From a virus: a DNA stretch of 64,000 bases. Every line of letters starts with the position of its first letter. Position 1 is the stretch's first letter. Of the stretch, positions 56,270 to 64,000 are shown in pieces. The position numbers were made by a program, and so were the translations under genes. The DNA lies in IMG/VR virus record IMGVR_UViG_3300018059_000012, positions 11,471-75,470 of that record, one strand, 5' to 3'. Below the pieces are notes generated by a model. The model was not told the origin of the DNA, made no database searches, and saw only the letters and a program-made list of their open reading frames with translations.

Positions 56270-57169
56270 ATGGCGTACGTCAAGAGCATGCGCGTCGTTC
56301 ACATCAAGGGCGTCGATGATCCGTTCACCCTGACTGCCATCGTCAAGGCGGCGATCGATCGTCGAGATCTGCAGCAGTTCAACGAGGAGCACAAGGCACT
56401 GACGAGCTATGCCGAGCTGGTCGCGCTCTGCGGCAAGTTCGTTCTGCTCGACGACACAAAGGAGCGTGGGAGTGAGCCGGAGTTCGGTGAGCATCGTGAG
56501 ATCTATAACGATGTGACCGTGCCTTGGCGGCAGCGGGTGTGGGACACGGCGCAGTTCCTCCTCAACGATGCGCGGGTCACGAAGAGCTGGACAGTGATCG
56601 TCGCCGAATATCATCGGGAGGTCACACTTCATCTCTCACACAAGATAGCCTCGGGCGTGCATTCGCCGTCGGTCGGACTCGAGGCTGGTAAGTATAGCAA
56701 CACCGAGAGCACCGTGAAGATCCGGACCTATCCGGGGCTGGCGATGAATCTCTCGTTGAGCAAGGCGACGCCGAGCAAGATCGCGATGAAGCTGATCGAT
56801 CATGCTGAGAAGGCGCTGACGACCATCAAGGCTCGGCAAGATCGAGATACCTCTGCGCTCCAGAAGCGGGAGCAGAGCAAGAAGTTGGTCGCCGAGATCG
56901 AGCAGGTGTACGGCATCCCACGGTACTACGTGGGCTCCGGCAATCTCCAGATCCGGACCGATGGCGTCGAGCTGACAGTGGAGCCGAGTGAGTATGGGAA
57001 CGCGTACCTCACCCTGAAGCTGGCGATCAGCGCCGAGACGAAGAGCATGCCGGCAGCGCTCGGCGCGCTCGTCGACTTGGTAAAGGGACTCAAGGCGGCA
57101 GCCGATCACGAGAAAGCCAAGCAGGTAATCGATGAGAAGCGGAAGTTGAAGCTCGTCCAGAAAGACTGA
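56270..57169 (+). CDS. Hypothetical protein
   Basis: 299-aa ORF with GAGGAG SD. Confidence 0.8.
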   Translation: MAYVKSMRVVHIKGVDDPFTLTAIVKAAIDRRDLQQFNEEHKALTSYAELVALCGKFVLLDDTKERGSEPEFGEHREIYNDVTVPWRQRVWDTAQFLLNDARVTKSWTVIVAEYHREVTLHLSHKIASGVHSPSVGLEAGKYSNTESTVKIRTYPGLAMNLSLSKATPSKIAMKLIDHAEKALTTIKARQDRDTSALQKREQSKKLVAEIEQVYGIPRYYVGSGNLQIRTDGVELTVEPSEYGNAYLTLKLAISAETKSMPAALGALVDLVKGLKAAADHEKAKQVIDEKRKLKLVQKD

Positions 57170-57221
57170 GCATCACAGGAAGAGGGAGAGTACCATCAAC
57201 CACTCAGCACCCAAGGAGAAC

Positions 57222-57539
57222 ATGATGACCGATCAGGCGAAAGTGAACGCGCTCGAAGCGCAGCTGGGATTCAATCTCATGGCGGGCGGGCGACACTTTG
57301 GAGAGATGAAGCTGACCCCGATGGCAAGCGGGAAGGTGTTCATGGAGATGCCCGGCTCACTCGTCACTGTCGAGCAGGCATTGACGATCTCGGCGGTGCT
57401 CAAGAACGACGACCCGAACTGCTGCACCGGATGCTTCGTCACATCCGGGGCGACGCATGCGGATCTCTGTCCGGTATATACGATGCGCCTGCGGAATGAT
57501 GGCGATGGAGAGAACAAGCCAAAGCGGAGGAAGCGGTGA
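57222..57539 (+). CDS. Hypothetical protein
   Basis: AAGGAG SD; CTGC...H...C. Confidence 0.7.
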   Translation: MMTDQAKVNALEAQLGFNLMAGGRHFGEMKLTPMASGKVFMEMPGSLVTVEQALTISAVLKNDDPNCCTGCFVTSGATHADLCPVYTMRLRNDGDGENKPKRRKR

Positions 57540-57721
57540 TGCCCAAGAACTTCAAGCACAAGAAAGACAAGATACGGGTGACCATCGAGACCCGTAACGG
57601 GAAGTTGGTCAAGGTCACGACGCTGATGCATCGAAAGGCGCGGGATCGTGAGGAGGTTGTTGAGCCCTACAATCCATTGTCGAATGTCAAACCGCCGCGT
57701 TCGATCTGGGATCAGCGCTGA
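57536..57721 (+). CDS. Basic hypothetical protein
   Basis: ORF tiling. Confidence 0.6.
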   Translation: MMPKNFKHKKDKIRVTIETRNGKLVKVTTLMHRKARDREEVVEPYNPLSNVKPPRSIWDQR

Positions 57722-57945
57722 TGGCCAAACAGCGGGAGCCGGAACCGCAGGCGCACATTCCGTTCAAGACCTGGCTACTCCACAAACACAGCGAGAACAT
57801 CTTCATGGTGACCAAGGTCATGGCGCTCCATGTCGAAACAGTGGATCTCGAGGATGGGCGCAAAGGCTCCGCCAACAAGTATCTACTGGCTCGCGACATC
57901 GCCCTGGGCGAATACGTCGTCGATCCGAAGGGACCAGACGCATGA
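57721..57945 (+). CDS. Hypothetical protein
   Basis: ORF tiling. Confidence 0.6.
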   Translation: MAKQREPEPQAHIPFKTWLLHKHSENIFMVTKVMALHVETVDLEDGRKGSANKYLLARDIALGEYVVDPKGPDA

Positions 57946-58160
57946 GCGAGGACAGTCGCGTATTCAAGCAGATCGGCGCAACGCTTGATGGACTCTTTGC
58001 ACTCGACGAACAGGGCGGTGTCTGGCGGTACTATCCGGCGAACAAGGGGAAGGGGACATATGCCGCCTGGTATCGTCTGACCGATTACCGCGTCGACAAC
58101 ACTGGACCACGCCCCAAGCCCGCTGACAAAGCACAGGTCGTCGTCGACGGCAACATCTAA
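57942..58160 (+). CDS. Hypothetical protein
   Basis: LFALDEQG.VW.Y motif; ATGA overlap. Confidence 0.65.
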   Translation: MSEDSRVFKQIGATLDGLFALDEQGGVWRYYPANKGKGTYAAWYRLTDYRVDNTGPRPKPADKAQVVVDGNI

Positions 58161-58175
58161 CGAGGAGACCACCAC

Positions 58176-59711
58176 ATGCATTTCATCGAGACTCTCGAGC
58201 AGTATCGCAACGCACGGTACCCGCTGCTCTACGTCAAAACCTACGAGGAGCAGCGGCTGATGGACGCGCTCGCAGAGATCCAGCCGAAGATCTACTGGTC
58301 GTCCACGCTAGGCTGGCATGGCGCGGAGAATCCGAAGGGCAAGGTCGCCATCGAGGCGATGCTCTCGCAGGTCAGCGGACTCCCCAAGGGGATGCTGATC
58401 GTGCTCAAGGATTTCCACGGCAACCTCGGGAATGGGACCGTAATCCGGATGCTGCGGGATCTCATTCCGCACCTGGAGCAGGAAGGCAAGTGCATCATGT
58501 TCACCGGTCCGGTCGTGAACATCCCGACCGAGCTGGAGAAGGACATTGTTCTATTGCCCTTCGCGCTCCCGACGCCGGAGCAGCTCGGGATGATTCTGGA
58601 CCGCATCGTGCATGACACCGAGGAGAGCAGCAAGACTACGCTGGATGTCTCCGAGCGTCAGGCGGTCCTACAGGCCGCGAAGTCAATGACGATCAGCGAG
58701 GCGAAGAATGGATTCGCGTTAGCACTTGCGAAGGAAGGCGCGTTCAACAGCGAGGCTGTCAGGATCGTCCTGCGCGAGAAGGCGGGTATGCTCAGAAAGT
58801 CCGGGCTGCTCGACTGGATCGAGACAACGAGTGGGCTCAACAACGTCGGTGGACTCGGTAACGTCAAGCGGTATCTCGAGACCATCGCACCGGTGTTCTG
58901 GAATCCGGACGAGGCGCTGAAGTACGGATTGCTCGTGGAGGACTTCCCGCGGACGATCTTGCTCAGCGGTGTCCCGGGCTGCGGCAAGTCGGAGATGGCG
59001 AAGTCGATCCCGACCTATCTCAAGGTTGGGTGCGTCAAGACCGACTTCGGCCGGATCTTCTCGCAGGGTGGATCCAAGGTCGGCGCGGTGGAGGGGAACA
59101 TCGAGGAGCGCAACAAGCTGGTCGAAACGATGGAGCCGATCGTCGACTGGTGGGACGAGGCAGAGAAGGGGCTGGCTGGATCCAGCGGACAGAGCACGGC
59201 GAATCCCTGGGAGGCCAGGATGACGGGCTCGGTGCTGACCTGGTTGGAGGAGCACCGGAGTCGGGTGCTCACCGTCGCCTGCGTCAACAAGCAGGATCAG
59301 CTCCCACCTGAGATGATCTCTAGATTTCAGAAGGCGTTCTTCGTCGATCTCCCGACGCCGGTGGAGCGTGAGGAGATTTTTCAGATTCACTGCAGCAAGC
59401 GGATGCCGTTCAAGAACTTCGATCAGGATGCCTACGTCGAGGCCGCAGAGTACAGCGAGGGCTACAACGGTCGTGAGATCAGGAACGCGATTCAGTTCTG
59501 TTCGGCCGCGAGCTTCAGCGCTGGGAGCAAGGGTGCGACGATGACCTTGCTTAAGAGGGCAATCAGGGGAATCAAGCCGCTGTCAAAAACGCGGCCTCAG
59601 GACATTGAGGCGTTCCGTCTGTGGGCGCGAGAGCATGACATCGAGCCTGCGTCTGCTCCGGTTGCGATCGAGGATGGCAAGCGCGTCGTCAACATCAAGA
59701 AAGGTAAGTGA
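58176..59711 (+). CDS. Ycf46-like AAA+ ATPase
   Basis: YP.LY..TYEE.R, LKDFH, P.ELEK; VGGL, GVPGCGKS Walker A, WWDEAEK Walker B, LPPE...RF. Confidence 0.9.
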   Translation: MHFIETLEQYRNARYPLLYVKTYEEQRLMDALAEIQPKIYWSSTLGWHGAENPKGKVAIEAMLSQVSGLPKGMLIVLKDFHGNLGNGTVIRMLRDLIPHLEQEGKCIMFTGPVVNIPTELEKDIVLLPFALPTPEQLGMILDRIVHDTEESSKTTLDVSERQAVLQAAKSMTISEAKNGFALALAKEGAFNSEAVRIVLREKAGMLRKSGLLDWIETTSGLNNVGGLGNVKRYLETIAPVFWNPDEALKYGLLVEDFPRTILLSGVPGCGKSEMAKSIPTYLKVGCVKTDFGRIFSQGGSKVGAVEGNIEERNKLVETMEPIVDWWDEAEKGLAGSSGQSTANPWEARMTGSVLTWLEEHRSRVLTVACVNKQDQLPPEMISRFQKAFFVDLPTPVEREEIFQIHCSKRMPFKNFDQDAYVEAAEYSEGYNGREIRNAIQFCSAASFSAGSKGATMTLLKRAIRGIKPLSKTRPQDIEAFRLWAREHDIEPASAPVAIEDGKRVVNIKKGK

Positions 59712-59938
59712 TGGACGAGCTGTACGGTCAGCATTACGGATGCGGTTGCATCGCGTATATCAGTCACATCGTGCACTGCAAGCTTCACGTAGCAGCACCG
59801 AAGCTACTGCAAGCCCTGAAGGTGTTGCTCACCAATCACGAGCTGGGTGAGTACGAGAGTCAGCAGCGTGGGCTGCCTCGTCTCATCGAGGCTTGCGATC
59901 TCGCACGGAATGCAATCACTCTAGCCGAGGAGGTCTAG
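59708..59938 (+). CDS. Hypothetical protein
   Basis: C.LH.AAP.LL.AL common phage motif. Confidence 0.7.
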   Translation: MMDELYGQHYGCGCIAYISHIVHCKLHVAAPKLLQALKVLLTNHELGEYESQQRGLPRLIEACDLARNAITLAEEV

Positions 59939-59943
59939 ACCCA

Positions 59944-60924
59944 ATGCCGACCAAGAAGAAGAGCACGAAGGTTTCTGTCGCGACCGTGATGAAGTTCGTG
60001 GAGCAGAGCGCGCCCGTCACGGCGAGCGTCTTCGACAAGGGACTCTGCTTCCAGTTCACGTTCGGGATGCCCGGCTTCCGGGCCAGGGTCGATAAGGATC
60101 AGATCGATGCTGGTGATGCCGACAAGGATATGCTAAGCGTCGGCAAGAAGCTCCTGGAGTGCGATGAGTACGATGCGATCCGGAGCCTGTACGGAGACAT
60201 CAAGAAATACCTCGGCAGGAAGGCGATCCCGACCACGCTGAGGAAGTCGTACTACCTCATCCCGATCGAGATCGCCGAGGAGGCGATGCAGAAGATGTTG
60301 GAGTACGAGACCGAGCTGGGCGTCAGGGTGGATACGTTCATCGCCGTCTACTCGGCGACGAAGGAGAATGCCAAGAAGCGACTCGGCAAGCTGTACCACG
60401 AGGACGACTACCCGGCGGCGTCCGCGCTGAAGGGCTCGTTCTACATGGAGTTCAGCCCGAGCGAGGAGCGCGTCCCTGGTCGACTCGAGGCGATCAACAA
60501 GAAGTTGTTCGTGAAGTACAGCGAGGATCTGAAGAAGAAGATGATCGAGGCCGCGGGCGACATCCGGATCCTACTCCGCACGCAGCTCCACGAGATGACG
60601 CTCCACCTCAAGGAGCGTCTGTCCGGGACCAATAACAAGGGTGAGAAGAAGGTGTTCAGGCAGACCGCGATTCAGCACATCATGGAGTTCATCGAGAACT
60701 TCGAGCCGAAGAATGTCACCGACGACAAGGATCTCACCAAGGTTGTGGGCACTCTCCGGAAGCTGATGGAGGGCGTCGACGCCGAGACGCTGCGGGACGA
60801 CGAGAAGTTTCGGGCGCGGGTGGCAAGCGACTTCACGGCGGTGGTCGCCGATCTTGATGTCCTGGTAACCGCACAGGCTGCGCGAGCGGTGAAGCTCCCA
60901 ACCAAGAAGGAACAGGCAGCATGA
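59944..60924 (+). CDS. DUF3150-like protein
   Basis: KKLL...YL....YYLIP...F...Y......LG.LY...DYP....L...F; next to AAA ATPase. Confidence 0.65.
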   Translation: MPTKKKSTKVSVATVMKFVEQSAPVTASVFDKGLCFQFTFGMPGFRARVDKDQIDAGDADKDMLSVGKKLLECDEYDAIRSLYGDIKKYLGRKAIPTTLRKSYYLIPIEIAEEAMQKMLEYETELGVRVDTFIAVYSATKENAKKRLGKLYHEDDYPAASALKGSFYMEFSPSEERVPGRLEAINKKLFVKYSEDLKKKMIEAAGDIRILLRTQLHEMTLHLKERLSGTNNKGEKKVFRQTAIQHIMEFIENFEPKNVTDDKDLTKVVGTLRKLMEGVDAETLRDDEKFRARVASDFTAVVADLDVLVTAQAARAVKLPTKKEQAA

Positions 60925-61196
60925 ACCCGATGAGCGTCGGGCAATTCATCGAAGCTGGGTGTCAGTGGACGAAGTCGCTTGCAGTCTTCAACTACATCCA
61001 TGCATCGACGAGCGGCAACCCCTGCCAGACCGGCTGTGCGTACTACGAGGGCGGGAAGTGCGAGGCGTTCCGCCAGCTGTTCCCGAACGCGCAGATCAAA
61101 CGTCCGCCGATGACGAAAGGTACGCAGCCGGTCTCTAAGAGTGCCTTTCGGACAACTGGCTACGTTGCGCCGAGCAAGAAACCATTCAAGTGGTAA
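60921..61196 (+). CDS. Cys-rich hypothetical protein
   Basis: ATGA overlap; C..GC.....C. Confidence 0.65.
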   Translation: MNPMSVGQFIEAGCQWTKSLAVFNYIHASTSGNPCQTGCAYYEGGKCEAFRQLFPNAQIKRPPMTKGTQPVSKSAFRTTGYVAPSKKPFKW

Positions 61197-61210
61197 GAGA
61201 GGATCACACC

Positions 61211-61396
61211 ATGACAGCCCAATGCACGGTCCGCTGCCGCAACACGGTATGCGAGCAGGTCAGCAACGTCGACATGCAGCAGGGTGGCTCGCTCGGTGGG
61301 AACTTCCCTCGCTTTCTCCCACCGCTGAGCTGTCCGAAGTGCAACAGTGAGAATATGCAAATCATCGAGATCAGAGTGAAGGAGATTCCCAAGTGA
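61211..61396 (+). CDS. Zn-ribbon protein (HypA-like C-terminus)
   Basis: CRN..C...CPKC.S....I. Confidence 0.6.
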   Translation: MTAQCTVRCRNTVCEQVSNVDMQQGGSLGGNFPRFLPPLSCPKCNSENMQIIEIRVKEIPK

Positions 61397-61635
61397 ACAA
61401 CGACGACAAGCCAAGCAGCACGTGGTTGGAGATGCAAGAGCGGAAGGCGCAGATCGACGTCTGTCTCAACCGTAAAGACTGGATGACGGGCAAGCTGCCG
61501 GAGCCGGTGCTGACCCAGGTCGATCCTGAGGATCAGCGGCCTGGTGCACCAGTGGTCTACCTGATTTGCCTGCTCGCCATTGCCCTGGTCGGTGTTCTGG
61601 CCTGGGTGATTTACAACGGACATGGGCTTCGGTAG
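61393..61635 (+). CDS. Membrane protein
   Basis: C-terminal TM; AAGGAG SD. Confidence 0.65.
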   Translation: MNNDDKPSSTWLEMQERKAQIDVCLNRKDWMTGKLPEPVLTQVDPEDQRPGAPVVYLICLLAIALVGVLAWVIYNGHGLR

Positions 61636-61671
61636 GATCTCAATCACAACGAAAGCGAGGAGATCAACGAC

Positions 61672-61893
61672 ATGGATCGAGACGCACAGAACCTGCTGGA
61701 TACTGTTACAGACGAGTTGAGACACAACAGCGAGGACATGCACCGTCTCACTCGGCGCAGGCGTATTCTCGAGCGTGCTGCCACGTATCTCCGGACCGGC
61801 AAAGCTGCCGGGCTTGTCGAAGCTGAGCTAGCCTGTGAGCTGCCACAACATTCCAATCTCATCACCCTGAACCGGACCACGAGGAGGACCTAA
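61672..61893 (+). CDS. Hypothetical protein
   Basis: GAGGAG SD; RR.ILERAAT.LR.G. Confidence 0.7.
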   Translation: MDRDAQNLLDTVTDELRHNSEDMHRLTRRRRILERAATYLRTGKAAGLVEAELACELPQHSNLITLNRTTRRT

Positions 61894-61895
61894 TT

Positions 61896-62351
61896 ATTTC
61901 ACATATCGTGAGGACCACCGCAGAGATCAAGAGTCGGGAACAGCTCGAGCGGGCGCTGAGCAGTCTCGGCTGGACAGTGAATGAGAACGCCAAGCCCCGC
62001 TACTACTACAGCGGCAGCGGCGTATACGGGAACGAGTCAGTGCTCTGCGACTACGTCGTGGAGCTGCCAGGCAAGTACGACCTCGGTCTCAAGCAGGATC
62101 TCGATGGCAAGTGGCATTTCATCTGTGACTCAGAGTTGCTGCGAGGCAACTACGGCCGTGGGTCACAGGGTCGAGCGATCGTCGGTGAGGAGGCGGTGAA
62201 CCTGACTCAGGCTCTCGGCGAGGTCGAGGTCGAGATGATGCTGGAATCGAAGGGCATCAGCTACAACAAGATCATCGTGAACGGGCAGACGGAGTACGAG
62301 ATCGACACGGAGTCTCAGCAGGTACGCGATCAGGTCGCGCTCAGCGCCTAG
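61896..62351 (+). CDS. DUF1257 (Ycf35-like) protein, probable ATT start
   Basis: (M)SHIV....EIK....L..AL..LG...YDLGL...G......D. Confidence 0.8.
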   Translation: MSHIVRTTAEIKSREQLERALSSLGWTVNENAKPRYYYSGSGVYGNESVLCDYVVELPGKYDLGLKQDLDGKWHFICDSELLRGNYGRGSQGRAIVGEEAVNLTQALGEVEVEMMLESKGISYNKIIVNGQTEYEIDTESQQVRDQVALSA

Positions 62352-62393
62352 GAGATCTCCTAGGACTCTCAGGAACCCCCAGAAAGTGTGTCC

Positions 62394-62483
62394 TAAGTAG
62401 GTGATTTTATAGGTCAAAAACGGCTCATCTAGAGGGGGGTGGGAGACCCTCAGGCTAGGCAGCCTTGATAAATCAGGTACTTA
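62394..62483. promoter_or_regulatory. Pair of IHF-like sites in CTAG-rich intergenic region
   Basis: TAAGTAGGTGATT (62394) and AATCAGGTACTTA (62471), in opposite orientation. Confidence 0.5.
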
Positions 62484-62510
62484 TACGGCACTCCTGGGGT
62501 ATCCCCTGAG

Positions 62511-62559
62511 TCTAGGGGAGAACGATCAACCTGGGTCAACCTCTGACCCCTGGCTAGGG
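62511..62559. repeat. Dispersed ~50-bp CTAG element, copy C
   Basis: TCTAGGGGAGAACGATCAACCTGGGTCAACCTCTGACCCCTGGCTAGGG. Confidence 0.75.
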
Positions 62560-62605
62560 CGGGTAGGCTCCACGCTAGGGCCATAGACGACTGGGAGAGA
62601 ATCCT

Positions 62606-62794
62606 ATGGGCAGCAAAGTCCGGATCACGGTGAAGGGCGGTAAGATCGCGACGGCGGCGGAAGGGTACGTCGGCACCGGCTGCGAGAAGGATGTCGAGTT
62701 CTTCGCGAAGTCACTCGGTGGTGAGCAGCGCGAAGCAACGCATACGCCGACGTACTACGAGACGCCGGAGCAGTCGCAGGAGAACGAGCGGTGA
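62606..62794 (+). CDS. DUF2997 protein
   Basis: I.V..G.I....EG..G..C......K.LG.......P.YY. Confidence 0.8.
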   Translation: MGSKVRITVKGGKIATAAEGYVGTGCEKDVEFFAKSLGGEQREATHTPTYYETPEQSQENER

Positions 62795-63040
62795 AAAAGA
62801 AACCGCGGGTGGCACAATGCTGGCAGTGCAAGAGCAAGCTGGTCAAGGGCGTCTGCCCAAAGAACTGCGGGCCGAAGGCGCTCGGTGATCTCCTGAGAAT
62901 CGGGTGATGAGCATCAGAGCAGGTGTGACCATCATGTTCCTGGTAGCCTGTATGGCCATGATCGTTGATGGGACGAAGGTCGCGGGTGTCTTCGTTCTCA
63001 TCGTCTACGGCGGTGCCTATCTTATCAGACGAGGTCAGCG

Positions 63041-63277
63041 ATGAAACACAAGATCGTCGTCAGAGCTGGTACGATCACGACGCGCTACACGGAGTCCCTG
63101 CCCGTCGCGGATCTCGGTGGGCAGGCGGTGATCGAACGCGCTGCTGAAGTGGAGTGGTCACCAGTGGCGAAGGGCTGGACCGTTCAGCTGGTCGATGGGC
63201 CGGTACTCCCCGGCGCCTGGACGAGTCGGCAGCAGGCGCTGGACGCCGAGATCGAGGCCGTCGATGCCCGCCTCTAA
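63041..63277 (+). CDS. Conserved small protein of AAA/DUF1257/DUF2997 clusters
   Basis: Y.E.L...DLG....I.RA..VE....GW.V....GP.L......R..AL.AE. Confidence 0.7.
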   Translation: MKHKIVVRAGTITTRYTESLPVADLGGQAVIERAAEVEWSPVAKGWTVQLVDGPVLPGAWTSRQQALDAEIEAVDARL

Positions 63278-63329
63278 GTTCACCCGTGCAGACTGTCGCG
63301 GCGGTAAGGCGTGCATCAAGGAGGACATG

Positions 63330-64000
63330 AAGCACGCAATGAAAATCGTCAAGACGGAGAAGATCAAAAATATTTTTCCCAAACGTTGCTCGGCTACATA
63401 CTGCTCTTCAAAACCTTCTTCCAAAAATTTATATTCAAACGGCATCGCCGGCGCAAATGCCTTCCAGTCGGATTCCAACAGCTTAATGCTGCTTTCCAGA
63501 TCGGCGCGCGGAACGCGAACGACGATGCAAGAATTTGGAATTTCGTAAGATTGCGATTTGTGATGAAACAACGCAAAAGGTGAAATCGGCGAATGCAGCG
63601 TCACGAAATTGAAGTCTTTCATCACACCGATGACTTTATACTCTCGATTGTCGCCGCCGGGATAAGTGAGAATTTTGCCAAGTGGATCATCCCAACCGAA
63701 ATACTTCATCGCCGATTCATTCAAAAGCACGCCATCGACATCAGTGGAAAATTGTTTTGAAAAGCCGCGGCCTTTAACGATCTCGATACCGAGCGTGGCG
63801 AGAAAATCATTGTCGGCCATATAAGAATTCAATTGAATATCGATTTGCTCTCCGCCTTTGCCCTCGGCATTGTAAGAATCCTCAAAACCAAAATACGGCG
63901 GGACGGCGGTGGCAATCGAGGCGTTGATAAAGCGGGAATTGCTTTTCAGTTTTTCCTTAAATGCCTCTGCTTGATTGCCCAGCCGGTGATTTTCATTCGA
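63330..64000 (-). pseudogene. MacB/FtsX-family ABC transporter permease, bacterial; 3'-truncated at the junction and running off the window end
   Basis: GRGFS, LLNESA...GW.DPLGK, VIGVMKDFNF..LH..I.P, PFEY.FL, FSVLTIFIAC; expected LGL continuation is lost; lower GC. Confidence 0.9.

Larger units (their letters stand above)
1..63329 (+). mobile_element. Tailed dsDNA phage or prophage, siphovirus-like, partial genome
   Basis: Co-oriented terminase, portal, protease, capsid, tail and lysis modules; tightly packed ORFs with overlapping stop/start codons. Confidence 0.97.

Noticed and set aside
63158-63329. C-terminal extension of the permease ORF in the ORF track
   Set aside because: Read-through into antisense phage DNA past the junction; not permease sequence
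1-64000. CRISPR array, diversity-generating retroelement, retron, intein or stop-codon recoding
   Set aside because: No regular repeat-spacer array, no reverse transcriptase, no TR/VR pair, no intein motifs in terL, portal or capsid; genes tile fully under the standard code

Overview
Bases 1 to ~63,330 are a contiguous piece of a tailed dsDNA phage, probably a siphovirus (no sheath gene; 787-aa tape measure). GC is about 60% by eye and essentially every credible gene is on the + strand. Order: small accessory ORFs mixed with six glycan-related enzymes (RmlD-like reductase/methyltransferase fusion, three GT2/GT-A, GT2/methyltransferase fusion, GT29 sialyltransferase-like); terminase large subunit; a portal apparently split over two ORFs; a fibre-like cassette inside the head module; MuF-Nudix; internal-head polyproteins punctuated by E-GGPGSG; prohead protease/scaffold; decoration protein; Mu-gpT-like major capsid; neck and tail genes (chaperone with a +1 frameshift); 2OG-Fe(II) oxygenase; GH108 lysis cassette; then an early-type region with a Ycf46-like AAA ATPase, DUF3150, DUF1257 and DUF2997. 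At ~63,330 the sequence switches abruptly into the middle of a lower-GC bacterial MacB/FtsX-type permease gene on the - strand. The most striking non-coding signals are: (i) a ~640-nt nested-helix RNA ending in a type III hammerhead ribozyme at the head of the early operon; (ii) a G.U-rich three-way-junction RNA in the head module; (iii) a dispersed ~50-bp CTAG element, near IHF-consensus sites at two loci; (iv) an ACCACT box in five early-gene leaders. No integrase, replication genes, tRNA, CRISPR or reverse transcriptase were recognised. Family assignments come from motifs recognised by eye, not from database searches.
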